Below are positions 1 through 10,600 of a DNA stretch of 64,000 nt, piece after piece. The notes beneath the pieces were generated by a model that was not told the DNA's origin, ran no database searches, and saw nothing but the letters and a program-made list of their open reading frames with translations. Origin of the DNA: Candidatus Iainarchaeum sp. (GTDB lineage Archaea > Iainarchaeota > Iainarchaeia > Iainarchaeales > GCA-2688035); the NCBI GenBank assembly GCA_017610175.1, contig JAFCCO010000002.1, positions 32,001-96,000 of the forward strand, read 5' to 3'. Positions within the stretch are counted from its first letter, which is position 1, and each line of letters starts with the position of its first letter. Made by a program: the position numbers and the translations under genes.

Positions 1-273
1 AAGGCCGTTGTAAACAATTTCCTCTATTTTTGCATTCTTTGTTTTAACCCCGACTGTTTCCGTTGTTCCATTCTGCATTTCGATGAAAACGTTTGTTGTT
101 TCATTCCCAAACAACTGTTTGAGTGTTTCAGGGATTTCCATTTGCTCAATGCTTGCGTTAACAAGTTCCTTGTTCTCTGAGAGTTCTGAAACAATTTCCC
201 TTGGTTCAAAGGTTTCTGCAGCGGTTGCTACTGAAAGAATAAGGACAAAAAGCAAAAGAATACTTTTTCTCAT
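1..273 (-). CDS. Secreted hypothetical protein, runs off the window start (partial)
   Basis: Manual translation from ATG at 273: MRKSILLLFVLILSVATAAETFEPREIVSELSENKELVNASIEQMEIPETLKQLFGNE...; signal-peptide-like N-terminus, frame open to position 1; absent from the ORF track. Confidence 0.7.
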   Translation of the reverse strand, partial: MRKSILLLFVLILSVATAAETFEPREIVSELSENKELVNASIEQMEIPETLKQLFGNETTNVFIEMQNGTTETVGVKTKNAKIEEIVYNGL

Positions 274-329
274 TTCTATTATTTAATGTCTTTTCTTGTT
301 AAAAACAGTTTTCATTGCCTGTTCGGTTT

Positions 330-1301
330 TTATTCCTTTATTTCTGCGTGGTCAATCTGGCCGTCGCCGTCCAAATCCAGGCCTTCCACAACCTTTGCCT
401 CTTCCTTTGAGTTGAATTCGTTTCCGCGCATTATTTCTTCCACGTTCTTAATCAGTGCAATAATTGCCGCCTTTGTTCCTGCATTCCTGTTTCCCGCAAT
501 CAGCAGTATTTTCTTTTCCTCAAAGAACGGGTGCTTTACTTTCTCAATCAATCCAATCGCGTCCTCGCTGTAGTTTCGCTGGCTCAGCTCGCTGTGAACC
601 AAATAGTGGCCGCCGCTTGGCGAAAATTTTACAGGAAGGTACTCGTTGAGTTCGCCGCAAAGCTTGTTTGTTATGGGCCCCCCAATCAGAATCAGGTTAT
701 CATCTATTTTATCCAAAGCCTCAATCTGCGTATCAAGGAACACAAGCGGGAAAGAGAATGACTCAACCATGCTCCCAATGAATGCCGCCAGCTCAACCGC
801 AAGGTGCGCATCCCTTGCCCTTGCTTTTGACGGGCCGTGGGGGTCGGGGGAGCCTATTACAATCTTGCAATTCAGCTTCCCGTTATGTATAAATGGATCC
901 ATAAATTCCTTGAGTTCCGCGCTTAATTTCTTCTCAGGCCCCTGAAATGCCTCTGCCTCTTTTGAACGCATCTTTGCCTTCAGGTTTGGGACAAGTGCCA
1001 GCGCCTCAAAGCTTGGTTCATAATATTTTGCAAGAGCCCCCTGCTTTTCCTCGGTCTTATTTACTCTTATAAGTCCTGCTTTTTTCAGTTGTTTAATATA
1101 ATAGTAAACTTTCTGCTCATGCAATCCCATTTTTTTTGCCATTTCAGCGGGATAATGCGGCTTTTCAGCCAAAAGCCCGCATATTTTCCAGGCGTTTGCC
1201 CCACTAAGCGCTTTCAGCTTCTCGCTGTTTTCAAGTACTTTTGCGGGCATTCTTGCTCTCTTTCCGTCCCTTTCAATGCTTAAAAAATCTCCCAAAAACA
1301 A
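330..1301 (-). CDS. ArsR-like HTH regulator fused to an S-layer-C-like domain
   Basis: N-terminal wHTH (HYPAEMAKKMGLHEQKVYYYIKQLKKAGLI); C-terminal IVIGSPDPHGP and NLILIGGPITNK motifs. Confidence 0.7.
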   Translation of the reverse strand: MFLGDFLSIERDGKRARMPAKVLENSEKLKALSGANAWKICGLLAEKPHYPAEMAKKMGLHEQKVYYYIKQLKKAGLIRVNKTEEKQGALAKYYEPSFEALALVPNLKAKMRSKEAEAFQGPEKKLSAELKEFMDPFIHNGKLNCKIVIGSPDPHGPSKARARDAHLAVELAAFIGSMVESFSFPLVFLDTQIEALDKIDDNLILIGGPITNKLCGELNEYLPVKFSPSGGHYLVHSELSQRNYSEDAIGLIEKVKHPFFEEKKILLIAGNRNAGTKAAIIALIKNVEEIMRGNEFNSKEEAKVVEGLDLDGDGQIDHAEIKE

Positions 1302-1381
1302 ACACCTTCTAAAATTAATTATAATGGTATTACCAATAGATTAATAGTGGTATTGTTTGTTTTTTAAACCTTTTCAAGGAC

Positions 1382-2128
1382 CTAAATCCAGGGCAATTCA
1401 ATAACCCCTGCAAGCCAGAATCCCGCAAGCAGAACCGGCTGGTGAACCATGTAAATGAACAGCGAGTGCTTGCCAAGAAATGCGAGCACTTTAATTCCAA
1501 TTTTTTGGGAAAAATCAGGCAGGCTAAAGTTTCTTTTGTAATTGGTGTAAAGCCTTTTTCCAAACGCGATTCCAATCAGCACAACCCCAAACCACGGAAT
1601 CAGCGGAAAGTAGTCTGCGGTGTAAAATTCCTGCGGAATTAGTCCAACCCATAACAGCCAAGGGAAATCAACCCTGAAGCTGCGGAACCAGAATCCAAGA
1701 GCGATTGCAATCAATCCGGCAACCGCGTTCAGCCTCGGCCCCTGTTTTATGAAAAGCCATGCAAGAATTACCGCAACCCCAATAAAGTGCAGAATCCCAA
1801 ACACAATTGTAAAGTGTGGGATAAAGAACCAGGTTCCGGCAGTAATCAAGAGACCCCATGAAAAGACTCTTGCCCCCCTTTTCAGAAACTTTTCAAAAGC
1901 AGGTTTCCCGCCCGCTGCCTTAATTCTGTCAAAGCTGAGCACGAGTGAAATTCCAACAAGAAAAACAAATGCAGTGGCAACAGCCCTTGCAAACCACCAC
2001 CAGAAATCACCCTGGACAAGCTTCCAAACCCCAAGCAGCCTCAAATCTGTTACTGCATTGGACGCAACCATCAGGGTTATTGCAATCCCCCGTAGGGAAT
2101 CAACTTCCCAGAACCTTTTTGCTTCCAC
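1382..2128 (-). CDS. DUF1624 / heparan-alpha-glucosaminide N-acetyltransferase-like membrane protein
   Basis: RFWEVDSLRGIAI, FGILHFIG, DYFPLIPWFG and GKHSLFIYMVHQP motifs; GTG start at 2128 preferred, frame open to 2197. Confidence 0.8.
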   Translation of the reverse strand: MEAKRFWEVDSLRGIAITLMVASNAVTDLRLLGVWKLVQGDFWWWFARAVATAFVFLVGISLVLSFDRIKAAGGKPAFEKFLKRGARVFSWGLLITAGTWFFIPHFTIVFGILHFIGVAVILAWLFIKQGPRLNAVAGLIAIALGFWFRSFRVDFPWLLWVGLIPQEFYTADYFPLIPWFGVVLIGIAFGKRLYTNYKRNFSLPDFSQKIGIKVLAFLGKHSLFIYMVHQPVLLAGFWLAGVIELPWI

Positions 2129-2162
2129 GCAATTAATTAGTGCTGAACCGAATTTAAACTCT

Positions 2163-3491
2163 TCATTTCCTGCGCTTTGCTTTCCTCGCCTGTTCAACAG
2201 GTTTTTTTGCGCCTTCTTTTTCCCTGGTTTTAATTTTCCTAAGTTTCAAACCCGCAACCACTCTTTTGATTGATGCGCTAAGCTCGTTAATTTCCCTTAT
2301 TGCACTTTTCTCAAACTTGTAATCCAAATTGCCCTTTGAAATTTGGTCTGCGCTTTCAATCAGCTGGGCTGACTGCGAGGTAACAAAATGGGAGAAGATA
2401 AGGTATGCAATCAGGAAAATAAAAATAAGTCCTGTCGAAAGCATCAGCATGTAATTATTCAGCCTGGTTACCGGCCTGAAAATTTCATCAGTATCGTGTT
2501 CAACCAGTACAGTCCAGCTCAGGCCCTTAAGGCCATTGCGGCCGTTGGAGTGCGCATAAGTTACAAACTTGGTCACTCCCTTGGTTTCATCTTCAACATT
2601 AATCCAATAGCTGGACTCAGTTACGGGTCCCTTAATCTTTTCCAAAACTTTGGGTGAAAGTTTTTTGAATAAAATGAAATTTTCTTTTGTTGAGTAAATT
2701 GTTCTCCCGTCCTTTGTAATAAGAGTGAACTCCCTTGTTTTAGAGGGGAATTGCTCTCGGGGCAGATTGAGTTCACTTGCACCAAAATAGTCAATGATTC
2801 CAACCGTTTCCTCAATGTTCAGCACTGCTTTTAGCACTCCAAGAAAGTTTCCCTCCCAGTCATTCACCCTCACCGCTATTGCAACCGAGTAAATTTCAGA
2901 GCTTTCATCATACTCAATGTCCTCCACAAACAAACCATCTTCCACCGCTTTCAACCACCATTCCTCATCATTTTGTTTGTAATCGGTTGTTTTTCCTGTC
3001 TGTGCAATATTTGCCCCGAACTTGTTTGTTACAAAAATTTCCCCGTAAACAGGATAGTCATACTTTTGCTCGTAAAATTCTGTTTTCTTGCGCAGTTCAT
3101 CTGAAAGCTCGTTGCCTATAAGTTCACGCATAAACTCGCTTGTGCTACCTAATGGGACTGAGGTCCACAGCAGGTCCCTTTCATCAATTATGGCCTGAAC
3201 ATTTTCAATCTGTTCAAACTCTTTGTTTGACTCAGCCAATTCTGTTTGAAGAAAGCTGTCCTGGGAATAAATTAGCATTTCCTCTACTCTTGAATAGATA
3301 CTCCCATCAACCCTGTTGATTGCTTCCCGCGCAAGCTGAACGTTTGTGCTCCCAAAAACGTCAACCATTGCATTTTCGCTAATGGAAATAAGCAGAAAGT
3401 TGTTTACCAGTAGAATCAGTGCCAAGGCTATGAAACAAGCCCCTAAAATATAACTTAATTTGATGCTCTTGTTGGGTTGCTTTGATTCCAT
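2163..3491 (-). CDS. Membrane sensor TM-Cache-TM-HAMP with no output domain
   Basis: Two TM segments around a dCache-like region (EIFVTNKFGANIAQTGKTTDYKQNDEEWW, YDESSEIYS), then HAMP (LIESADQISKGNLD...EINELSASI) and a short basic tail. Confidence 0.75.
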   Translation of the reverse strand: MESKQPNKSIKLSYILGACFIALALILLVNNFLLISISENAMVDVFGSTNVQLAREAINRVDGSIYSRVEEMLIYSQDSFLQTELAESNKEFEQIENVQAIIDERDLLWTSVPLGSTSEFMRELIGNELSDELRKKTEFYEQKYDYPVYGEIFVTNKFGANIAQTGKTTDYKQNDEEWWLKAVEDGLFVEDIEYDESSEIYSVAIAVRVNDWEGNFLGVLKAVLNIEETVGIIDYFGASELNLPREQFPSKTREFTLITKDGRTIYSTKENFILFKKLSPKVLEKIKGPVTESSYWINVEDETKGVTKFVTYAHSNGRNGLKGLSWTVLVEHDTDEIFRPVTRLNNYMLMLSTGLIFIFLIAYLIFSHFVTSQSAQLIESADQISKGNLDYKFEKSAIREINELSASIKRVVAGLKLRKIKTREKEGAKKPVEQARKAKRRK

Positions 3492-3717
3492 TTTTGATGC
3501 GCTTACAGAATAAGATTTCTGCAAAAATATATACTGTTTTTTGTCTGTATAAAGCTTTCGTTTAAACATTTATGGTATTTTTTTTAGCGGTCAAATATTT
3601 TTCCAAACAACCAGGTTCAATTCGCCTTTTGCACCAACATTTTTTTCATAGCGCCCTCTGCTTTGGTTTTGCGGGCTTTAAATATAAGCGCGTGCACTTT
3701 TATTTATTTGATTTAGT

Positions 3718-5535
3718 ATGTGCGGGATAGTTGGATTTGTTGGAGAGAAAAACGTGGCAGAGTTGCTTCCTGCTTGCCTGAAAAAGCTTGACTACAGGGG
3801 CTATGACAGCTTTGGTTTTGCATTTCAAAACAACTCCCTCCTTTTGGTTGTAAAGCAGGTTGGGAGAATAACAGATTTCAATGGATTTCTCGCCAAAAGC
3901 GCAAGCATTGGAATCGCACATTCGCGCTGGGCAACGCATGGCGCGGTAACCAAAAAAAACGCACACCCCCACATTTCATGCGACGGAAAAATTGCAATAG
4001 TGCACAACGGAATAATTGAAAACCACTCCGAGCTTCGCGAAAAGCTTGCAAAAAAAGGGCACTCTTTTGCAGGCGAAACAGACAGCGAGGTTGCGGTTCA
4101 TCTTGCAGAGGAATTCATCAATCAAGGGCGCAGTTTCAGGGAAGCCGCAAGGGAAACATGCCGCTCTCTCAAGGGGGCTTTTGCCCTGCTTTTCATCAAC
4201 AGGGAAAGCAACGAACTCATTGCCGCAAGAAACGGTTCGCCCCTGATTTTGGGGCTAGTGGAAAACGGAACATTTGTTGCAAGCGATACAACGGCGTTCA
4301 TTGAATTTACCAAGCAGGCAATTTTCCTTGACGACGGGCAGATTGCGTTCCTCGGCAAGGAAATTGAGCTTGAGAATTTTAATACAGGGCAAAAGCTTTC
4401 CACAAAAATCTCGCACATTGAATGGGATGCGGAGCAGGCGCAGAAAAATGGATTCGAGCACTTCATGCTAAAGGAAATTTTTGAACAACCGGATGCAATT
4501 GAAAAATGCATTCAGGGGCGCATTGCAAACGGGCAAGCAGTTCTCCCAGAACTTGACTCCATTGCTGAAAAGCTGGGTAAAATAAACAGGATTGTAATTG
4601 TTGCGTGCGGAACAAGCTGGCACGCCGGCCTTGTTGCCGAATATGCATTTGAGGAACTCTGTGCCCTGCCTGTCGAAGTGGAGTACTCCGCTGAATTTCG
4701 CTACCGCAATCCGGTAATTGATGAAAACTGCCTTGTGATAGCAATTTCACAGAGTGGCGAGACCGCTGACACACTTGCCGCACTTCGTGAGGCAAAAAAG
4801 CACAACGCGCCGGTCCTTTCAATCTGCAATGTGATGGGCAGCACCATTGCGCGTGAATCAGACGCCGTAATTTACACACGCGCAGGCCCGGAAATTGGGG
4901 TTGCAAGCACCAAAGCGTTCACAACACAGCTTGCCGTGCTTAATCTTGTTGCCTTGTTCATTGCACTGCAGCGCAATTCAGCCCCTGAATCCAAAGTAAC
5001 TGATGCGTTGAACGGGCTGAAATCAATTCCAAATGCAATGCGCAAAACCCTTGAGCAAAGCAAAACGGTTGAGGCAATTGCCGGGCTTTACTGGGACAAG
5101 AGCAATGCGCTATATCTTGGGCGCGGCCCAAACTATCCCATCGCATTGGAGGGCGCACTTAAGCTAAAGGAAATCAGTTACCTTCACGCAGAGGGAATGC
5201 CTGCCGCCGAAATGAAGCACGGCCCGATTGCATTAATTGACAGCAATATGCCTGTTGTTTTCATTGCCGTAAAGGACAGGACCTATGAAAAGGTTCTTGC
5301 AAACATTGAAGAGGTCAGGGCGAGGAACGGCTGCGTTATAGCGGTCTCAAGTGAGGCTGCAACCGAAATTAAAAACCTTTCCGATTCGGTAATTTACATA
5401 GCTGAAACAATTCCCCTGTTCCAGCCAATGCTTTCAGTAATTCCGCTGCAGCTTCTTGCGTATCACATTGCAAAGAAGCGCAATTGCGACATTGACAAGC
5501 CGAGGAACCTTGCAAAAAGCGTTACTGTGGAGTGA
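3718..5535 (+). CDS. glmS: Glutamine--fructose-6-phosphate aminotransferase
   Basis: MCGIVG N-terminus, HSRWATHG, SQSGETADT, C-terminal PRNLAKSVTVE. Confidence 0.98.
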   Translation: MCGIVGFVGEKNVAELLPACLKKLDYRGYDSFGFAFQNNSLLLVVKQVGRITDFNGFLAKSASIGIAHSRWATHGAVTKKNAHPHISCDGKIAIVHNGIIENHSELREKLAKKGHSFAGETDSEVAVHLAEEFINQGRSFREAARETCRSLKGAFALLFINRESNELIAARNGSPLILGLVENGTFVASDTTAFIEFTKQAIFLDDGQIAFLGKEIELENFNTGQKLSTKISHIEWDAEQAQKNGFEHFMLKEIFEQPDAIEKCIQGRIANGQAVLPELDSIAEKLGKINRIVIVACGTSWHAGLVAEYAFEELCALPVEVEYSAEFRYRNPVIDENCLVIAISQSGETADTLAALREAKKHNAPVLSICNVMGSTIARESDAVIYTRAGPEIGVASTKAFTTQLAVLNLVALFIALQRNSAPESKVTDALNGLKSIPNAMRKTLEQSKTVEAIAGLYWDKSNALYLGRGPNYPIALEGALKLKEISYLHAEGMPAAEMKHGPIALIDSNMPVVFIAVKDRTYEKVLANIEEVRARNGCVIAVSSEAATEIKNLSDSVIYIAETIPLFQPMLSVIPLQLLAYHIAKKRNCDIDKPRNLAKSVTVE

Positions 5536-6017
5536 GTTTTATGGGTGATTTTGTTTTCAGGGAAGCAAGTGAAAGGGATGCAGGGGAACTTGCCGCACTC
5601 ATAATGCAGAACTACGATGTTAAATCAATTGAGGAAGCGCATGCCTTTTTCAAAAAGGATTTGGCGGGCGGGATGAATTACATTCTGGCTGAGAGCGCCG
5701 GAAAGCTTGCCGGCTTTGTGACCTGGAAAGAGCACGACCGCGCATACCACGAGCTTGCGGAGCTTCATGCAATCGCTGTTGACGATTCATTCAAGGGAAA
5801 GGGCCTTGCCTCTGACATGTTTGGCGCGCTGCTTGAGCATGCGAAGGGTTTTTATGGGCAAAACAACCAATCTCTTAGAAAGCTTTACGTGCTAACTCAC
5901 GCAACAAACGAGCGCGCGATTCGCTTTTATAAAAAAATGGGTTTCAAAAAAGAAGTAGTGCTTCCAAGCCACTACTACAAAGACGTTGACGAACTGATGC
6001 TTTCAATGTATTTCTAA
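5532..6017 (+). CDS. GNAT-family N-acetyltransferase
   Basis: Motif A (IAVDDSFKGKGLA) and motif B (NERAIRFYKKMGF); start overlaps the glmS stop (GTGA), alternative ATG at 5541. Confidence 0.9.
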   Translation: MSFMGDFVFREASERDAGELAALIMQNYDVKSIEEAHAFFKKDLAGGMNYILAESAGKLAGFVTWKEHDRAYHELAELHAIAVDDSFKGKGLASDMFGALLEHAKGFYGQNNQSLRKLYVLTHATNERAIRFYKKMGFKKEVVLPSHYYKDVDELMLSMYF

Positions 6018-6027
6018 CGGTGATTCT

Positions 6028-7692
6028 ATGGCTAAAATTAAGGCAGTAATATTTGATTTGGACGACACTCTTTTTGATTGCACAGGGCAACTGGTTGAGG
6101 AGGCGAGAAAGAACGCTTCAAAGGCTCTTGCAAAAATTCTGCCTTTGGCAAGCGAGGGGGAAATTCATAAAAAGGCGGTCGCGCTCTACGAAGAGTTTGG
6201 ACCAAATTTCAATGTCTTTGATCGGATTTGCTCCGATTTTAATGCGGAGGACAAGGAGGCATGCGTTGACATTGCATTGCGTGCCTACAACAGTGACGAG
6301 GTAAAGAACATCTCGCTTTTTGATGACGCAACCGAAACCCTTGAAAAGCTGCGCTCCAAGGGGCTTAAAACAGTTATCATTTCCAGCGGAATTTACTCAA
6401 GGCAGCAGAGAAAGATTGAGCTTCTGAACCTCAAGCCGTTGTTTGACTTGATTCTGATTCACGATATTGAAAAGGGCGGAGTCTCCAAGGAAAAGCAGTT
6501 CCGGCAGGCTCTTGAGGAATTTTCCCTCAAGCCCGAGGAAGTTGTAAGTGTCGGTGACAGGATTAAAAGCGAGATAAGAATGAGCAACAAGCTTGGAATC
6601 ATAAGTGTGCGGATGCTGCACGGCCGCTTTTCAAAAATCAGGCCAAAAAATGACCTTGAGCAGCCTGATTTTGAAATTTCAAAACTAAGCGAGCTTCCAA
6701 AAATAATCCGCAAGGCTGCAAGGAACCAAAACGGTAAGCCAAGGGTTGTTGCAATTGGCGGTGGGACCGGTCTGCCCATGGTGCTAAGCGGCCTTAAGGA
6801 GTTCACCCCAAACCTTGCCGCAATTGTAACAGTCACCGACAGCGGGCGAAGCAGCGGAATGCTTCGTAAGGATCTTCATATTCTTCCGCCAGGGGATATC
6901 CGCAACTGCCTTATTGCTTTGAGCGATTCTGAGAAGTTGCTTCTTGACCTTTTTCAGTACCGTTTTGAGGAAGGAGGCCTTGAGGGGCACAGTTTTGGAA
7001 ACCTTTTCATTGCGGCGCTTACAAAAACAACCGGTAGCTTTGAAAAAGCAATTAAGCAGGTCGGAAAAATTCTTGCAATTAAGGGAAAGGTTCTTCCCTC
7101 AACGCTGCAGGACACACACATTTGTGCAGAGCTTGAGGACGGAACAGTTATTGAGGAAGAGTTCAATGTAAGAAAGCTTGGCAAGAGCCCGATTAAGAAA
7201 GTTTTTTTGAAGCATAAGGTTGAGCCTCTTGAGGAAACCCTTCGTGCAATTGGGGAAGCTGACCTGATTGTTCTTGGTCCCGGAAGCCTTTTCACTTCAA
7301 TTATGCCAAACCTTTTGGTTAAGGGAATTCCCACGGCAATCAGCAAAAGCAAGGCAAAGAAGGTTTACCTTGCAAACATTATGACCCAGCCGGGGCAGAC
7401 AGACGGTTTCTCCCTTTCAATGCATGTTGCGCAGATTGAGAAGTATTTGGGAAAGGGTGTGCTTGACATTGTTTTGGTGAATGCAAAGCAGCCAAGTGCC
7501 GAGCTTGTTGAAAAATATGAAAAAGAGAACGCTTCCATGGTTGAAAACGATTTTTGTAACCTTCCAAAAGGAATTAAGGTTGTTGAGGTTGACATGCTTG
7601 AAAAGGAAAGCAAGCACATTCTTTGGAACAAGCAGTATCTTTTAAGGCACGATCCGCAAAAGCTTGGAAACGCATTAATCGGCCTTGTTTAA
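6028..7692 (+). CDS. Fusion of a HAD-IA hydrolase and a YvcK/GlmR (UPF0052, CofD-like) domain
   Basis: N-terminal FDLDDTL and VGDRIKSEI; C-terminal IGGGTG, VTDSGRSSG, PPGDIRNCL, GHSFGNL, GPGSLFTS, NIMTQPGQT, RHDPQKL. Confidence 0.9.
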   Translation: MAKIKAVIFDLDDTLFDCTGQLVEEARKNASKALAKILPLASEGEIHKKAVALYEEFGPNFNVFDRICSDFNAEDKEACVDIALRAYNSDEVKNISLFDDATETLEKLRSKGLKTVIISSGIYSRQQRKIELLNLKPLFDLILIHDIEKGGVSKEKQFRQALEEFSLKPEEVVSVGDRIKSEIRMSNKLGIISVRMLHGRFSKIRPKNDLEQPDFEISKLSELPKIIRKAARNQNGKPRVVAIGGGTGLPMVLSGLKEFTPNLAAIVTVTDSGRSSGMLRKDLHILPPGDIRNCLIALSDSEKLLLDLFQYRFEEGGLEGHSFGNLFIAALTKTTGSFEKAIKQVGKILAIKGKVLPSTLQDTHICAELEDGTVIEEEFNVRKLGKSPIKKVFLKHKVEPLEETLRAIGEADLIVLGPGSLFTSIMPNLLVKGIPTAISKSKAKKVYLANIMTQPGQTDGFSLSMHVAQIEKYLGKGVLDIVLVNAKQPSAELVEKYEKENASMVENDFCNLPKGIKVVEVDMLEKESKHILWNKQYLLRHDPQKLGNALIGLV

Positions 7693-10600
7693 TGGTGCAC
7701 ATGAATTGGTGAGCCGCGCACTGCCTCTATCCTAATCGCCCTCAGTTTGCCGTCAGGCATTTTTAGGATTGTTTCATAGAAGGGCAGGTAAACATCAGTT
7801 ACACTTTTGACCACTATTTTCTTTCCAAGTTTTTGCAGCACATCTATTGCCCTTTGCTTTGGATAGCGCTCCATTTCAAGTGAGAGCGCTTCCGCCTTTG
7901 AAACAGGGAGTGTTTCAAGGCTTCTCAGTAGGGGATGCAGCAAATTGCGCGGCAGGTCAAGCTCTTTGTTGAGTGAATAAAAGTTTTGCCCGGCTGTTTT
8001 TTCCTTTGCGGCCAGTCCCTTTGCAACAAGGCTTTCCAGCGCCTTCTTTGAAATCATTTCGCTTTCAGCCATTGCCTTCACCAGCGCTTCAAAATCCCTT
8101 TTTTCCTTTTTGAGCAGGAACAGTGCCCTTATCTCGTTTTCTTTCAGGTCGTTTATCACCTGCAGTCCGCGGCTTTCCATAAATCTCTTTGTTTTTTGGT
8201 TGAAATGCAAAAATTCCCCTGTTCCCGAATCAAAGAACACTTCCCCCGTGTGGAACATGTTGTGGCTGTTGAACATGTTGAACTTTATCCTGTAAACAGG
8301 CAGGTGTTTTAGCGTAATCTTCTCAATTGTTTCCTCTATCCCAATCAAACCCAGGAATTTTTTCTTCCTTGCCTTGTTCATTGCCTTTCTTGCGGCCTCT
8401 TCGCTGAGGTTCACAGGGAACGCAAGCAGCTCAACAGGCTCGGGGTCAGGCAGTATTGCCTTGCTTTCCCTTGCAATTTCAATCTCAGGTTCTCCCGAAA
8501 TTTCATCAATAATTGATTCCTCGTTCTCTTCCTGCGGGAGGCTTAATGTGCTTGTTCTTGTGTCAAGCAGCACCCCTTTTTTTTCAAGTTCCTCAATCAG
8601 TTCGCCCAGCTGCAGGTTGCTTTTGTACTTTATGTTCAGTGATTTAAGCGAATCGTTCACAATTGTTGTTTCAAGCTTTCCGGCCCTTTCAACCTTTGCG
8701 TACATCAGCCCTGACGCAAGTTTCAGAACCTCTTCGTTTCCAAGTTTTATGCTTCTTTCAACTGTCTCAGCTTCCCTTCCCTCATGCTGTGACATCCTTG
8801 GCCTGATGCGCATTACAAATGCCCGGCTTGTCTCCTCCCTTCTGTCTCCTGTCAATCCAACTCCCACAGGGAGAGTCTTTACAAAGTTGCTGTTCTTGTA
8901 TCTCTTTGGGATAATTGTCGGAGTCCTCTTGTAAATTGCTTTTATGTCGTCGTCAAACACAAGCTTGTGTGATATAATAACGTCCAGCTGGCTCAAGACC
9001 TTTGTGTCAATTGCAGATGGCTGCTGTGTTGCAAAAACGAGGGAACAGCCAGGCTGCCTTCCCTGCTTTACATATTCAATAATCGGGGTTGAAGCAGGGG
9101 TCTTCACGTTTCCGCTTGGAATAAGCGTGTGGGCCTCATCAATAAATATCCATGTTGGCGGTATATCCTCCTCAAGCAGGCTGCTTGTTGAGGTTTCCTT
9201 CATCCTGTTTGCGGCTTCCTTTCTTGTGCTCAGCTTTCTTGCCGCCAAAACCCTTCTTGCAAGAATTCCTATAACAAGTGCCGAAACATTGTCCTCAAGG
9301 AATGAGGTGTCAATAATTGTTAGCTGGTTCTCCGAGCTTAGTTCCGAGAGAGGTGTTCCCCTTTTGTCAAACACGCCCCAGTTCTTTGCCGCGTCAAACC
9401 TTGAGGTTAGCGCCCTGATTGAGTCGTGCTTGTATCCCTTTTCCGCACTGTTCAGCTCCACATCGTTAATTAAGCAGAACACTATGTCGTCAAGCGAGAA
9501 GAGTTTTCCCTTGGGCTTTACAAATTTTCCTTCTTTTGTTTTATAGCCGCGCGCTACTTTGCCCAATGCTTTTTCCAAAAGCAGTCCGCTTGGTGAAAAC
9601 CTTTCAATTCCAAAGGTTAGGCACCAGTCCTCGGGCGAAAGCATTGAAGGGGGCAAACTGAATGTGTCGTCGTATGTTTTTCGCGGAACCTTGTCCTTCA
9701 TTCCCTGCGGGATGAACACTTTTAGGTTGTCCAGTCCCTGTGGCTCAAGCTCCCATTTTCCAAGCAGCTCGAGTTCACGCTGTTCCCTGTTTGGGAACCT
9801 CATGCTCCAAAAGACTCCGATTGGGTCTACAACAATCACTCCAACATTCTTGTTCTTCAGCGAAAGTTCCTCCGCCATAACCCCTAAAACGTATGACTTT
9901 CCCGAGCCCCTTGCACCGCACACGAAGACAACGTGCGGGTTCAGGCTGTCTAAATAAATGTTTTTGCCGCGCAACGTATCTTCATTAACTTTTCCAACAA
10001 ACAGCGAGGCCTCTGCCCCGTATTTTTTGTAAACGCTTGACTTTCTTCCAATATAAACCTTGTTTTCGTCCTCAGTGTCCTGCAGGAACTTTAGCTCGGG
10101 CTTTATTGGTGGCTTTTTTTCAACTGTTGGATTCTTTTCCTTTACTCCAACTTCTTTGGTTCCAATCTCGCGGTCAAACGGCAGTTCCTGCTTTTCAGCA
10201 GCATCCTTTGCCTTTGCAACAACAATTTTCCTAATCTTCTCTTTCACTGTCTCTTTTGGCATTTTTGGCTGTTCGGGTTCGGGCTCATCAGGCTCTTCAG
10301 GTTCCTCGGGCTCAAGTTCGTCCTTTTCTTCATCTTCCTGTTCGACTTCCTCTTCGGGTTTGGTTTCAGGTTTCGGCTTGGGCTCCTTTTTTGCCTTCAC
10401 AGCCTTTTTCTTCGCCTTCTTTGGCTCTTCAGCGGGCTCTACCCCAACTTCGCTCATTTCGGCTGCGCTTTGCTCTGGTTCTTCCGGTTCGTCCGGCATT
10501 GGAGGGCCTGGAATGTCATCGTCATCTCTGCCAACCTGCCCTGCTTCCTTTTTCCTCTTTTTCTTCTCCTTCTCAAGCCTTTCGCGTTTTTCCTCAATCC

